Positions 45,486 through 54,961 of a stretch of DNA of 64,000 bases are shown piece after piece. The notes beneath the pieces were generated by a model. It searched no databases and was not told the origin of the DNA. It saw nothing but the letters and a program-made list of their open reading frames with translations. Every line of letters starts with the position of its first letter. The first letter of the stretch is position 1. The stretch comes from Thermoplasmatota archaeon. GTDB lineage: Archaea; Thermoplasmatota; E2; JACPAO01; JAHFTW01. Both the position numbers and the translations under genes were made by a program. The DNA is taken from the NCBI GenBank assembly GCA_041601615.1, contig JBFIHX010000007.1:1-64000 (forward strand). Direction: 5' to 3'.

Positions 45486-46922
45486 ATGCTCGGACGCACC
45501 ACCACACTCCTAGCCCTCGCACTCACCGCCACCACCCTGGCCGGATGCGTCGGCGACAGCACCGACAACCTCGACGCCAACCTCGGCCCCGCCCTGCTGG
45601 ACGCCGGCCTCAACTTCGCCCACGACGGCTACCCCGGCTTCGGCGTCTCCGCCGCACTCTGGGAAAGCCCCGATGGACGACTGCAAACCCTGCACGACGA
45701 CGGCACCATCCAATGGTTCAAGCCCGCCTACAAGGGCCTCCCCGACGTCCTCACCCGCGTCGAACCCGTCGCCCACGTAGACAACACCACCACCGGCGGC
45801 GGCATCACCGTCTTTGGCCCCCTCGCCTTCATCGGCGGCCGCAGCCAAGGCCCCCTCAGCGTGGTCAGCATCATCGACCCAACCAACCCCGTGGTCATTG
45901 GCACCGCCGAGGATGTCCCCGTGCGCGACGCCGACACCATCCTCTACCCCGGCGGTCAACTCGTTCTCATCACCACCGCCGGCGGCAAGAACATCTTCTC
46001 CACCAACGTCACCGACCCCTGGAACCCCACCCTCGTCGGCAACTACGAAACCCCCGGCGGCAACCACAACATCGCAGTCGTCCCCGGCACCCCCATTGTC
46101 TACAACACCGCCATGGACATCGTCGACTTCAGCGACCCCGCCTCCCCCGTCCTCGTGGGAACCTTCGAAGGCGGCGACGGCTGCCACGACATCGCATTCA
46201 GCATCGACCGCAGCGCCGACCGATTCTGGGCCCTCTGTGCCGGCTACGCGCAAACCGAGATCTGGGACATCCACGACCCTCTGGCCCCAAGCCTTCTGGT
46301 GGCCATCGACTACCCCAGTGTCGACAAGGGCCTCCCCATCGTCGGCGGCGCCCTCGATGACGCCGGCGTACCCCAAGATGTCGCCAGTGCCGCGCCCTGT
46401 GTTCCCGTCGCAGGCGTCTGCCCCAGCGCCGCGTTCCCCCTGAGCTTCAGCCACCTCGCCATCGTCAACCACGACGCCACCGTCCTCATCATGGGCGACG
46501 AAACCGGCGGCGGCGGCATGAACGGCTGCGACTTCTACTACGAAGGTGCCGACGGCCAAACCTACAGCGGCCCCATCGGCAACTTGTGGTTCTACGACAT
46601 CACCGACCCCCAGAACCCCGACCTACGCGGCCACGTCAGCCCCGGCTACCGTGACGCCGACGACACCGACCCCATCAACGGCAGCCCCCTTGGCCAATCC
46701 TGCACTGCGCACTTTGGCCACACCATCGAGGACACTCCGTTCCTCGTCATGGGCTACTACACCGCTGGCGTCGTGCTCGTGGACTTCAGCGACCTCGACA
46801 ACCCCCGCATCATGGACCGCTGGGACGAACAAACCGACATCTGGGATGTGCAATACTACCAGGGCTACCTGTTCACCGGCGACATCGTCCGAGGAATGGA
46901 CGTTCTGAGCTTGTCCGGGTAA
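45486..46922 (+). CDS. LVIVD-repeat beta-propeller lipoprotein
   Basis: TLAGC lipobox; repeats VVSIIDPTNP, IVDFSDPASP, IWDIHDPLAP, FYDITDPQNP, LVDFSDLDNP; CTAHFG. Confidence 0.88.
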   Translation: MLGRTTTLLALALTATTLAGCVGDSTDNLDANLGPALLDAGLNFAHDGYPGFGVSAALWESPDGRLQTLHDDGTIQWFKPAYKGLPDVLTRVEPVAHVDNTTTGGGITVFGPLAFIGGRSQGPLSVVSIIDPTNPVVIGTAEDVPVRDADTILYPGGQLVLITTAGGKNIFSTNVTDPWNPTLVGNYETPGGNHNIAVVPGTPIVYNTAMDIVDFSDPASPVLVGTFEGGDGCHDIAFSIDRSADRFWALCAGYAQTEIWDIHDPLAPSLLVAIDYPSVDKGLPIVGGALDDAGVPQDVASAAPCVPVAGVCPSAAFPLSFSHLAIVNHDATVLIMGDETGGGGMNGCDFYYEGADGQTYSGPIGNLWFYDITDPQNPDLRGHVSPGYRDADDTDPINGSPLGQSCTAHFGHTIEDTPFLVMGYYTAGVVLVDFSDLDNPRIMDRWDEQTDIWDVQYYQGYLFTGDIVRGMDVLSLSG

Positions 46923-46923
46923 G

Positions 46924-47024
46924 TTCGCCCCGGGTCGTCGGCCAGAGGCCGGCGGCCCTCGGGGGTAATCCGAGGGGGCAGAGCCCCCTAGGGGCGTAAT
47001 ACCGAGGGCGCGAAGGGGCCTAGG
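46924..47024 (+). repeat. Hairpin repeat element, copy C
   Basis: GGGTCGTCGGCC-AGA-GGCCGGCGGCCC...CCGAGGGGGC-AGA-GCCCCCTAGGGG...CCGAGGGCGCGAAGGGGCCTAGG, immediately after a stop codon. Confidence 0.9.
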
Positions 47025-47060
47025 CGTGGTTTCACCCACCCTCCTCGGCCGTCCGTCGGC

Positions 47061-47068
47061 TTTTATAA
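47061..47068 (+). promoter_or_regulatory. Probable archaeal TATA box for the CNNM/CBS gene
   Basis: TTTTATAA in GC-rich DNA about 40 nt upstream of the TTG start at 47106. Confidence 0.5.
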
Positions 47069-47105
47069 CCGACCTTCGTGCTTTGGACTCGAGGCCCCAC
47101 GCCCC

Positions 47106-48158
47106 TTGTCCGTCGACCCGTTGTGGTATCAAACTGCTGGCCTGATCGCGCTGATTGGAGCTTCTGCGTTCTTTTCCATGTCGGAGACCGCTTTGATTTC
47201 GGCGGATCGCTTTGAGCTGCACGACCGCGTGGCCAAGGGAAGCCGTCGAGCCAAGCGCTTGGAGGCGATGCTGGATGAGCCGGAACGGCTCTTGACGACG
47301 ATTTTGCTGGGCAACAACCTCGTGAATATCGCGGCCACGGCGCTTGCCACGAGCATGGCGTTGGGCTTGTTTGGCTCCTACGCGGTGGCTATCAGCACGG
47401 GCGTCATGACGTTCGTGGTGCTGGTGTTTGCGGAGATTACGCCCAAGAGCATCGCGGTGCGCCAAAGCCTGGATCTTGCACTGCGAGTTTCGGCGCCGCT
47501 GCGCATTTTTGAAAGTGTGTTGTGGCCGTTCGTGCGCATGTTCACGGCGATTGCCAAGGTCCTGTTGCTGCTGATCGGCATCAAGACCGACGAGCGTACC
47601 CCGTTCGTGACGCAGGCGCAGATCGAGGGCTTGGTGCGCATGGGGGCCAAGGAAGGCGAGGTCGAGCAATTCGAGCAGCAGGTCATCAGTGAGGTGTTCG
47701 AGTTTACGGACACGGACATCCACGAGATCATGACGCCCGTGGAAATCGTGCAGTACGTGCACAAGAGTGCGGCGATGCGCGAGGCGCTGGAATTGTCGGC
47801 GCGCACCGGACACAGTCGTTTGCCTGTGGTGGATGGCGATTTCAATCAAGTGCTCGGTTTCGTCCATGTCAAGGATTTGCTGAAGTTCACGGACGAGGAA
47901 TTGAGCCTGGAGCCGGTGACGGACATCCTGCGTTCGGTGTTGTTTGTTCGCCACGACGCCCACAGCGACAAGGTCCTGGTGCGCATGCAGCGCGAGCACA
48001 AGTTGATGGCCATCATCCAGGATGAAGAGGGCCGGAACATCGGCATTGCCACCGCCGAGGATTTGCTGGAGGAATTGGTGGGCGAGATTACGGACGAATT
48101 CGATACGGCGATTCGGCCGCGTGGGTCGCGCTACGATGTGCGTAAGGATTCGAGCTAG
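47106..48158 (+). CDS. Hemolysin/CNNM (DUF21) plus CBS domain protein
   Basis: SAFFSMSETAL, LTTILLGNNLVNI, FAEITPKSIA, GHSRLPV, EDLLEELVGEI. Confidence 0.93.
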   Translation: MSVDPLWYQTAGLIALIGASAFFSMSETALISADRFELHDRVAKGSRRAKRLEAMLDEPERLLTTILLGNNLVNIAATALATSMALGLFGSYAVAISTGVMTFVVLVFAEITPKSIAVRQSLDLALRVSAPLRIFESVLWPFVRMFTAIAKVLLLLIGIKTDERTPFVTQAQIEGLVRMGAKEGEVEQFEQQVISEVFEFTDTDIHEIMTPVEIVQYVHKSAAMREALELSARTGHSRLPVVDGDFNQVLGFVHVKDLLKFTDEELSLEPVTDILRSVLFVRHDAHSDKVLVRMQREHKLMAIIQDEEGRNIGIATAEDLLEELVGEITDEFDTAIRPRGSRYDVRKDSS

Positions 48159-50089
48159 GCGACTTCCGCTTTCGCCATCGGCGGCGCCGTGATGACGGCC
48201 GCGGCGGCCCAGCGCTGCAGGCTGGAGTAGTAGGGGTTGTCGAGGGAGTTCTGGACGAAGTCGCGGGGGCCGAGGATGATGAGCAGGTCTTGGGCTCGGG
48301 TGAGGCTGACGTTGAGGCGCCGGTGGTCTTCGTGGGGTTTGGCGGGGCGGCGGGTGGTGAGGTCGTAGACGATGACGCGGCGTTCGCTGCCTTGGAATGC
48401 GTCGACGGTGCTGGCGGTGATGCGGCCCCAGATGTCTGCGCGTTTTTCGCGTACGGCGCGGTCTTTGAATTCCTGGGTCTGGGCCTTGAAGGGGCTGATG
48501 TAGCCGATTTGTTCGGGGGGGATGCGTTGTTCGAGGAGGCCTCGAATGATTTCGTAGGCGACGGTGAGGTTGGTTTCGTTGATGCGGCTGGTTTTGATGC
48601 GGCGGTCTGCTTCTCGCAGGCGGCTGGTGTCGACCCAGGCGACGGGTCCGACGAGTTGCCCGAGCACTTTGGGAATGTCGGCAGCGCTGCCGCGTCGGCT
48701 TTCGACTTTGCTGTTGTAGACGGCGTCGGCGCTCCAGCTGTAGATTGCGGGGTCGCAGCGAAATTGTTCGTCGAGCATGACGCTGAGGTCGGGCCGCATC
48801 ATTTGCAGGACTTCGAAGTGGCTGCGTTTGTAGTGGGCGTCGTCTTTGTAGCTCCAGGCGCGGATGATGGGGGGCAGTTGCATGGGGTCGCCAACCAGCA
48901 CCATGCGTTTGCCGGCGGCGCGGGCTACGGCGATTTTGGGGAATGCGTTCATGCCGGCTTCGTCGACGACGACGTGGTCGAAGGGGCGGATTTCTTGGTC
49001 GAGTCGTTCGGCGTTGACGAGGGCGCAGGCGAGGGCGTCGAGGGTCATGCCGACGATGGGGGTGTCGCGGGTGATGCTCTCGAAGAGGGGGATGGCGTCT
49101 TCGTCTTCGGGGTCCATCCAGTAGCCGCCCATGGTTTTGTTCCAGGGCAGCAAGTCGGCGCTGACGTTGCGGCCTTCGCCGAGGCGCACCATTTTGCTGA
49201 CGAGTTTGCGGTCGCCTTGGACGGCTTTGCGCATGGCGTTGTCGATGGCGACGTGGGTGTGGCTGGCGATGAGCACGGATTCGCCGCGTTTGGCGGCTTC
49301 ACTGATGAAGCGGGCGATGACGGTGGTTTTTCCGGTGCCGGGTGGGCCTTGGATGAGGGTGAGGCCGCCAAGCGGGGAGCGGAGCATTTTGCGCAGGGCT
49401 TCGGCTTGGGCGGGGCGGAGGCCTTCGTCGCGGACGGGGGCGCCGGTGTCGGCGGGGAGATTGGGGAGGCGGGCGGGGTGTAGGAGTTCTGTGAGGCCGT
49501 GGTCCCATTTTCGGCACACGAGGAACGCCTTCAGCAGGTTGCGGTAGAGGGTCGCGTTGGTGGTGGGCGACAGTTTCAGTTGGGTTCCTTGGGATAGTTC
49601 TGCCCACGTTGGGTCGTCGGCTTCGATGTCCAGTACGCTGCCGGCGCGTTGCTCCACTTTGACGTTGACGGTGTCGGCGCGAGCGCCTTTGGCTTTCTTT
49701 TCGAGGCTGCCTTCGAGCCGGGCGCCTTTGGGTACGCGGCGCGGGTCGCCTTGCATCACTTGGACGCGCAAAATGGCCGCTTCCACTTCGCGGCGGGCTT
49801 CTTCGACGACGACAGTGAGGATGTCTTCGTCATCGACACCTTCCTTTTCCTCCACCATGATTTCTTCTTGGAGGCACTTCAAGTGGTCCTTGAGGGACGG
49901 TACGCGAGGATCGGTGAGGGGGCGGGAGTCGAGGGCGTGGCATTTCGTGCACGCGGTGACGAAACTTGGCCCGAACTGGGTCCATTCGGTGGTGGCCCCG
50001 CACCGGTGGCATCCCAACGGGTCGGCGGAGGAGGGGGTGGTTCTTGGGCGTTGGGTTGGCGGCCAAGCCCAGTTGGGCAACTGGTGCAA
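48155..50089 (-). CDS. Superfamily 1 (Upf1/DNA2-like) helicase with a putative N-terminal zinc ribbon
   Basis: IQGPPGTGKT, SHTHVAIDN, VDEAG, VGDPMQLPP, LDEQFR, ISPFKAQ, TVDAFQGSE, RLNVSLTRA; start uncertain. Confidence 0.92.
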   Translation of the reverse strand: MHQLPNWAWPPTQRPRTTPSSADPLGCHRCGATTEWTQFGPSFVTACTKCHALDSRPLTDPRVPSLKDHLKCLQEEIMVEEKEGVDDEDILTVVVEEARREVEAAILRVQVMQGDPRRVPKGARLEGSLEKKAKGARADTVNVKVEQRAGSVLDIEADDPTWAELSQGTQLKLSPTTNATLYRNLLKAFLVCRKWDHGLTELLHPARLPNLPADTGAPVRDEGLRPAQAEALRKMLRSPLGGLTLIQGPPGTGKTTVIARFISEAAKRGESVLIASHTHVAIDNAMRKAVQGDRKLVSKMVRLGEGRNVSADLLPWNKTMGGYWMDPEDEDAIPLFESITRDTPIVGMTLDALACALVNAERLDQEIRPFDHVVVDEAGMNAFPKIAVARAAGKRMVLVGDPMQLPPIIRAWSYKDDAHYKRSHFEVLQMMRPDLSVMLDEQFRCDPAIYSWSADAVYNSKVESRRGSAADIPKVLGQLVGPVAWVDTSRLREADRRIKTSRINETNLTVAYEIIRGLLEQRIPPEQIGYISPFKAQTQEFKDRAVREKRADIWGRITASTVDAFQGSERRVIVYDLTTRRPAKPHEDHRRLNVSLTRAQDLLIILGPRDFVQNSLDNPYYSSLQRWAAAAVITAPPMAKAEVA

Positions 50090-50178
50090 GAATCAAAGGG
50101 GTGGTGGAGCAGCTACGCATGGCGGGGGGCGAAGGGGGCAGAGGAAGAGGGGTACTGTCTGGCGCAGGAGCGCGGTGC

Positions 50179-50520
50179 CTAGGTCTGTGCTGTGACGGGC
50201 AGAATGCAGTAGATTTGCTTGAAGCCGAACCAGAGTTGGCACTCTTCGCGGGGGGCCCAGCAGACGCCGGGCCACTCGGGGGCCGCGCTGGAGCAGGTGC
50301 CGATGTAGGGGACGAGGCAGTGTTGGTTGCCGCCTCCGAGGCCCACGTAGACGTCGCAGTCGTCGTAGTCGTCGGGGTCGTAACAGACACCTGGTAGTTC
50401 AGGGCCCTCGTCGCCGATGCAGAAGATGGGCGATTCGTGGTGGGCGGACGCGGCAGGGGCTGCAAAGACGGTTGCGGCCAGCAAGCAGGCAAGGATGGTG
50501 GTGGGGGTGCGGGTGTTCAT
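50179..50520 (-). CDS. Small secreted protein with two 4-Cys repeats
   Basis: Signal peptide ending PAASA; PELPGVCYDP and PEWPGVCWAP repeats. Confidence 0.82.
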   Translation of the reverse strand: MNTRTPTTILACLLAATVFAAPAASAHHESPIFCIGDEGPELPGVCYDPDDYDDCDVYVGLGGGNQHCLVPYIGTCSSAAPEWPGVCWAPREECQLWFGFKQIYCILPVTAQT

Positions 50521-50528
50521 GGATGCTC

Positions 50529-50897
50529 CTAGGTCAGGCAGGTGTTTCCGGGGTTCTGGTAGGTGCGGTAGTACCAGACCTGGCAGGTGTCGCGGCTTAG
50601 GTCGTAGCAGATGCCTTGGTCGATGTCGGGGCCGACGAAGAGTTGGATGCAGGTTTCGTCAGGTGCGCCGCGGTGGGTGATTGGTTTGGCGACGTAGCAG
50701 GTGTCGTTGCCGAATTTGTTGTACCAGAGGACGATGCAGTCGGCAGAGGGGTCGATGCAGTAGCCTTGGTCGATGTCTGGGCCGACGAGCACTTGGCGGC
50801 ACTGGGGCCAGGGGTCTACGGCCTGGGCCGAGGGTGCTAGGGCCAGGAGGGCGGTGGCGGCCAGGATGCTTGCGAGGAGGATGGCTCTTGCCTTCAT
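50529..50897 (-). CDS. Small secreted protein with two GPDID 4-Cys repeats
   Basis: Signal peptide ending PSAQA; CRQVLVGPDIDQGYC and CIQLFVGPDIDQGIC. Confidence 0.85.
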   Translation of the reverse strand: MKARAILLASILAATALLALAPSAQAVDPWPQCRQVLVGPDIDQGYCIDPSADCIVLWYNKFGNDTCYVAKPITHRGAPDETCIQLFVGPDIDQGICYDLSRDTCQVWYYRTYQNPGNTCLT

Positions 50898-51059
50898 CGA
50901 TGCGGTGGAGGCGTGTTAGCACAAGAGGTCGGCGCTGCGGTTCTCACTTATCGAAATCGTGCCGGTTTCTCGAAGGAATTGGCGGCGGCCGAAGGCGAGG
51001 CGTCGACGGTCAAAGGAAGGAAGGGTGAGGTGTGATGTGGCGTAGGCATACTTGGGGAT

Positions 51060-51422
51060 CTACGCGAGGCAGAAGCCGCCGTTGCCAAAGTTGTCGTACC
51101 ACTCGATGCGGCAGGAGCTGGCGCCGGGGCGCACGCAGACGCCTTGGTCGATGTCTGGGCCGACGAGCACTTGTCGGCAGATTTCGCCAAAGCCGAGGGT
51201 GACGGCGGGCACGATGCAGGTGTCGCGGCCGTAGTTGTTGTAGATCCAGACGAGGCAGTCTTCACCTTTGACGTCGTAGCAGATGCCGGAGTCGATGTCG
51301 GGGCCGTAGAACAGTTGCTGGCACGCCGCAGTGGGTGCGCTGTCGGCGCTGGCGGTGGGAGCGATGGTCACGAGGAGTGTCGCGGCCAAGATGCTTGCGA
51401 GGAGGGGACGGTGTCCAATCAT
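51060..51422 (-). CDS. Small secreted protein with two GPDID 4-Cys repeats (paralog)
   Basis: Signal peptide ending PTASA; CQQLFYGPDIDSGIC and CRQVLVGPDIDQGVC. Confidence 0.85.
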   Translation of the reverse strand: MIGHRPLLASILAATLLVTIAPTASADSAPTAACQQLFYGPDIDSGICYDVKGEDCLVWIYNNYGRDTCIVPAVTLGFGEICRQVLVGPDIDQGVCVRPGASSCRIEWYDNFGNGGFCLA

Positions 51423-51471
51423 CAATCGCAGTATGCGGACGGGTTCATGAGTCCGCTGCTTTGGTCCTGTT

Positions 51472-51678
51472 CTATCTAGGTTCGGCCGATATAGGGCCTT
51501 GTTTGGACGGGCAGCGGACGGAGCCGTAAGAGCAGTAGACGCAGCAATCGCCGGGAAGCAGGCGCAGCATGGCACCACATCCAGTGCAGGTGTAGGCAAT
51601 TTGACATGCGTCTATCGGCATTCGTGCTTCGTTGGCCGTGTGGCATCGCGAGCAGGTAATGGTCGAATGAATCCGCAC
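51472..51678 (-). CDS. GDCCVxC domain small Cys-rich protein
   Basis: STITCSRC...MPIDACQIAYTCTGCG...PGDCCVYCSYGSVRCP; GTG start assumed. Confidence 0.85.
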   Translation of the reverse strand: MRIHSTITCSRCHTANEARMPIDACQIAYTCTGCGAMLRLLPGDCCVYCSYGSVRCPSKQGPISAEPR

Positions 51679-51898
51679 ACCATTCCATGGCCGCAGCGTA
51701 GCAAGGATGCTTTGATTGGGGCCGGATTTTGGACAGCTTTTCATCACACACTTTTTCTAATAACCAATGGTAAGGAATAATTTATCATCGTTGACATTTC
51801 ACGGGACTCATATTATTGCTTCAAATCCCAACCATCAAATCAAAATCCGCTAGGGAGCGGCAAAGCGTTCAACTATCGCCGCGGGGCAAGAGGGTATC

Positions 51899-52279
51899 AT
51901 GGACAGAATGCACCCCATCAGAATCCTCTTGGTCGAGGACGAGGTGACGGACGCCCGCATCGCCTGCTTGGGCTTGCCCCCGGAAGCCGGCTACCACATC
52001 CATCATGTGCGCACCGGCCGCGATGCGCTGGTGGCCGCTCGCAGCCACGCCTTCGACCTAGCGCTCCTTGACCATAGGCTCCCGGACCTTTCCGGCGTTG
52101 AGGTCGGCAAGCGCCTGCGTAGCGACGGTTTTCGCGCCCCGCTCGTGATGATTTCTGGCGTCCTTCAAGACGCCCTAGTAGACAAGGCGTTTCAAGCCGG
52201 CATCGACGATTTCGTGGTCAAGGAACATGGCTACGGTGATCGCCTTGCGGACGCGGTGCACGCCGCACTCGGAGTATGA
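51899..52279 (+). CDS. Single-domain response regulator (REC)
   Basis: ILLVEDE, LALLDHRLPDLSG, MISG, DFVVK. Confidence 0.9.
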   Translation: MDRMHPIRILLVEDEVTDARIACLGLPPEAGYHIHHVRTGRDALVAARSHAFDLALLDHRLPDLSGVEVGKRLRSDGFRAPLVMISGVLQDALVDKAFQAGIDDFVVKEHGYGDRLADAVHAALGV

Positions 52280-53517
52280 ACTCCACCCGCGAACTCGTCC
52301 AGAAAGTTCAGCAGTTTGGCGTACCGGAACCTGAGGGACGCCTCTACTACCACCTGTGCCGCCTGGGTCGAAGCACCGCAGCCGAAGTGGCCCGAGCCGC
52401 CGGCATCAGCCGCACAGACGGTTATCGCCTTCTGAGCCAGATGCAGGAGCGCGGCCTTGTGGAGAAGACCCTGGAGCGACCCGCCCGTTTCGTACCCGTG
52501 CCGGTGCGTGAAGTGCTGGACCGGTTTCTGACGGATCGCCGACGGTCCCTCGATGAACTTACGACCCTACAGGACGCCCTCGCATCGGCCTGGCCGCATG
52601 GCGAGGAATTGCAGACACCGGACCGTCGCATCAGCACCCACAGGGGCCGCAGCCAAGTCCAAGGACTCGTGGAACGCATCATCGACGGCACTGAAGAAGA
52701 CCTGATTCTCTCGACAAACCTGCGTGCCCTGGCGACCCTAAACCTGCAACGCATCCTGGAAAGGCTCAAGGGAAGGCGCGACGCGGGAGTTCCCGTCCGT
52801 GTGTTGACGTGCATCGAAGTACCGGATATTCCAATCATCAATCAACTATCCAAGGTTGCCATGATCCGCCACCTGGCCCTGGGCGAATACCATGAGATGC
52901 TCATCGCCGACACCAATTCTATTGCATTGTTTGTAGGTGGCAGCCATGGCCGCGACCCCGACGGAGGCCACGAGACATTGCTGCACCTAACCGCCCCGCC
53001 GTTCGTCATGGCACAAAAAGCGCTCGTGGACCAAGAATGGAGCCGAGGCATCGACCTAGCGGAGCGAATCCGGGAACTTCGCACTGGGTCCTTTCCCGAG
53101 CGCGCCGAATTGCTTCGAGGTCGCTGGATCCGCACCGAGCGCATGAAACAGATGCTGTTTCGAAACGACCGCGTCACCATCCTGGCCCCCGCACACGAAT
53201 TGCGCCGCTGGGAATCCAATGGAGTGGCTCGCGTGCTGCGCCGGCGCCAAGCCGAAGGTTGCGTCATGATCGTCTTGAGCAACACCCAACCAGCCCCCGG
53301 CACAAGCGCCGGACGAGGCTACGAATTGCGGCGCATTGCGGGCACCCGCCGCCTGCTCGTACTAGGCGGAACCAGAGAGTTGCTGACTGTCGAGGAATGC
53401 CCAGACAAAGCCGGCTCCACCAACGAAGCTGAATGGAGCACGTGGACCACAATTCGCTCCGCCATCGACGAGGCCCGCGACCGGTTGGACGCTGCTTTGG
53501 CTCGCGCCAAATTCTGA
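52276..53517 (+). CDS. TrmB-family transcriptional regulator with a duplicated effector-type domain
   Basis: FGVPEPEGRLY...TAAEVARAAGISRTDGYRLL...RPARFVPVP; ATGA-coupled to the REC gene. Confidence 0.85.
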   Translation: MNSTRELVQKVQQFGVPEPEGRLYYHLCRLGRSTAAEVARAAGISRTDGYRLLSQMQERGLVEKTLERPARFVPVPVREVLDRFLTDRRRSLDELTTLQDALASAWPHGEELQTPDRRISTHRGRSQVQGLVERIIDGTEEDLILSTNLRALATLNLQRILERLKGRRDAGVPVRVLTCIEVPDIPIINQLSKVAMIRHLALGEYHEMLIADTNSIALFVGGSHGRDPDGGHETLLHLTAPPFVMAQKALVDQEWSRGIDLAERIRELRTGSFPERAELLRGRWIRTERMKQMLFRNDRVTILAPAHELRRWESNGVARVLRRRQAEGCVMIVLSNTQPAPGTSAGRGYELRRIAGTRRLLVLGGTRELLTVEECPDKAGSTNEAEWSTWTTIRSAIDEARDRLDAALARAKF

Positions 53518-53944
53518 ATTGAATGCAGCAACGCATGGCTATTCTTGGAGGCCCCATGGTTGCTTTGACGCGGCGCGCCCGGGCCACTTCTGCGGCCGCC
53601 CCGTTTTCCGGCTACCTTCTGGCCCACGTGCCCTTCTGCCCCATTTGAACCAAACCAAGAGCAGGTCGATTTCGACGCTCCAAGCAGCCCAAGCCGATGC
53701 CCGCGCCACCCCTCTCCCCGGCCCCGACTCGCGCCCGGTACCTCGGAAGACGGTGAGAACTCCACGGGACGGCCCAGAACGGCCCGCCACTGCACGGCAC
53801 GGCGCTGCCCGAATCTCGGTCCGAATCAGTTCATGCTGGTCCGCGACCGGATTTGTCTGTCTGTCCACGGACAAAAAACGAACCATCACTCCCAGCGGCT
53901 CCTGGCGCTCCGCCCTCGGCTAGAAACCGGGGGCGGTGACCCCC

Positions 53945-54484
53945 ATGAACACCACAACCGCCGCAACCCACGCCCGCATCCACGCCCTCGTCCGCGCCGA
54001 CCCCGGCATCCACATCCGCCGCATCGCCTTCTTGACCGGCCTCTCCTGGAACACCATTCAATACCACCTGCGCCGCATGGAAGCCAAAGGCTCCGTCGCC
54101 AGCCGAAAAGTCGAAGGGAACGTCTGCTACTTCGACCGAAGCTCCGGCGCATTCCCCGGCAAAGTGGGCCAGGCACTCCTGCGCGACGCTCGCAACGTGC
54201 AACTTGCCCGCCACCTCGTTCAGCACGACGGCCTCAGCCAGAAAGAACTCTCCGAAGGACTAGGACTCGCCGCCAGCGTCATCCACCGCCGGGTCAGCAA
54301 ATTCGAGGAAGCCGGCCTCGTCGACCGCGTGCCGGAAGGCCGGTCGATTCTGGTGTTTGCCCGCGACGACCTAAGCGTGGGTTTGAACCGCGTGGGGTTG
54401 CTGCCCCGGGAAGTGGAGGCCGACGTGACGATTCGCACCGGCATTCCCGTTGTCGAGCCCACCGCGGTCCACGCAACCCTGTAG
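53945..54484 (+). CDS. Double winged-helix transcriptional regulator (archaeal ArsR-like)
   Basis: RIHALVRADPGIH...TIQYHLRRME; GLSQKELSEGLGL...EEAGLV; alternative GTG start at 53936. Confidence 0.85.
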   Translation: MNTTTAATHARIHALVRADPGIHIRRIAFLTGLSWNTIQYHLRRMEAKGSVASRKVEGNVCYFDRSSGAFPGKVGQALLRDARNVQLARHLVQHDGLSQKELSEGLGLAASVIHRRVSKFEEAGLVDRVPEGRSILVFARDDLSVGLNRVGLLPREVEADVTIRTGIPVVEPTAVHATL

Positions 54485-54961
54485 TCTAGGCCCGACTTGT
54501 CCCGGAAACGAGGTCGACCCCCCAGCTCCGAATAAGCCCCATCCTGTTCCCCCATGACCCTCACGAATCATGGGCTTGCGGCATCCGACTAAGCGTCACG
54601 AAGACTTGCACCAGGGGACCGTGGCACGTTTCATCAGTTCCCTCGGCGATGTCCGGAGCTTGCCCGGCAAGCCGGCCCTCCTTCATCCCGCTCCGAGGAC
54701 TGTGTCGTTTCTGCGCCCGGACGGCCACTCTCGCAGCCACCCCTTCTGGGGCACCCATTCGCGGTGTGGGGACTTTCCTCACTGCTAGGCAGCGTAAGCC
54801 GCGCTGAAGCGAGGGGGTCGAAGTGCGGCGAGACAGGAGCTGGTTATGGCCGTTTCCGAGGCCCCCGCCTCACTTGCTGCCGTGGCGTTCGCGTCGAACG
54901 TGTCGTCGATTGCCGCCGTAGACTCCAGAACACTCTTTTGCTGTGCTGCTGCCCTGGGTGA

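Noticed and set aside
53518-53935. Unassigned ~400-nt gaps (also 54485-54960) as possible ncRNA or small genes
   Set aside because: No tRNA, SRP or RNase P features and no convincing ORF were recognisable by eye; left unannotated.
54785-54930. Minus-strand frame ending ...FSAAYAA*, reminiscent of a tmRNA tag
   Set aside because: tmRNA is not known in archaea, no tRNA-like ends were found, and the frame is the tail of a shadow ORF.
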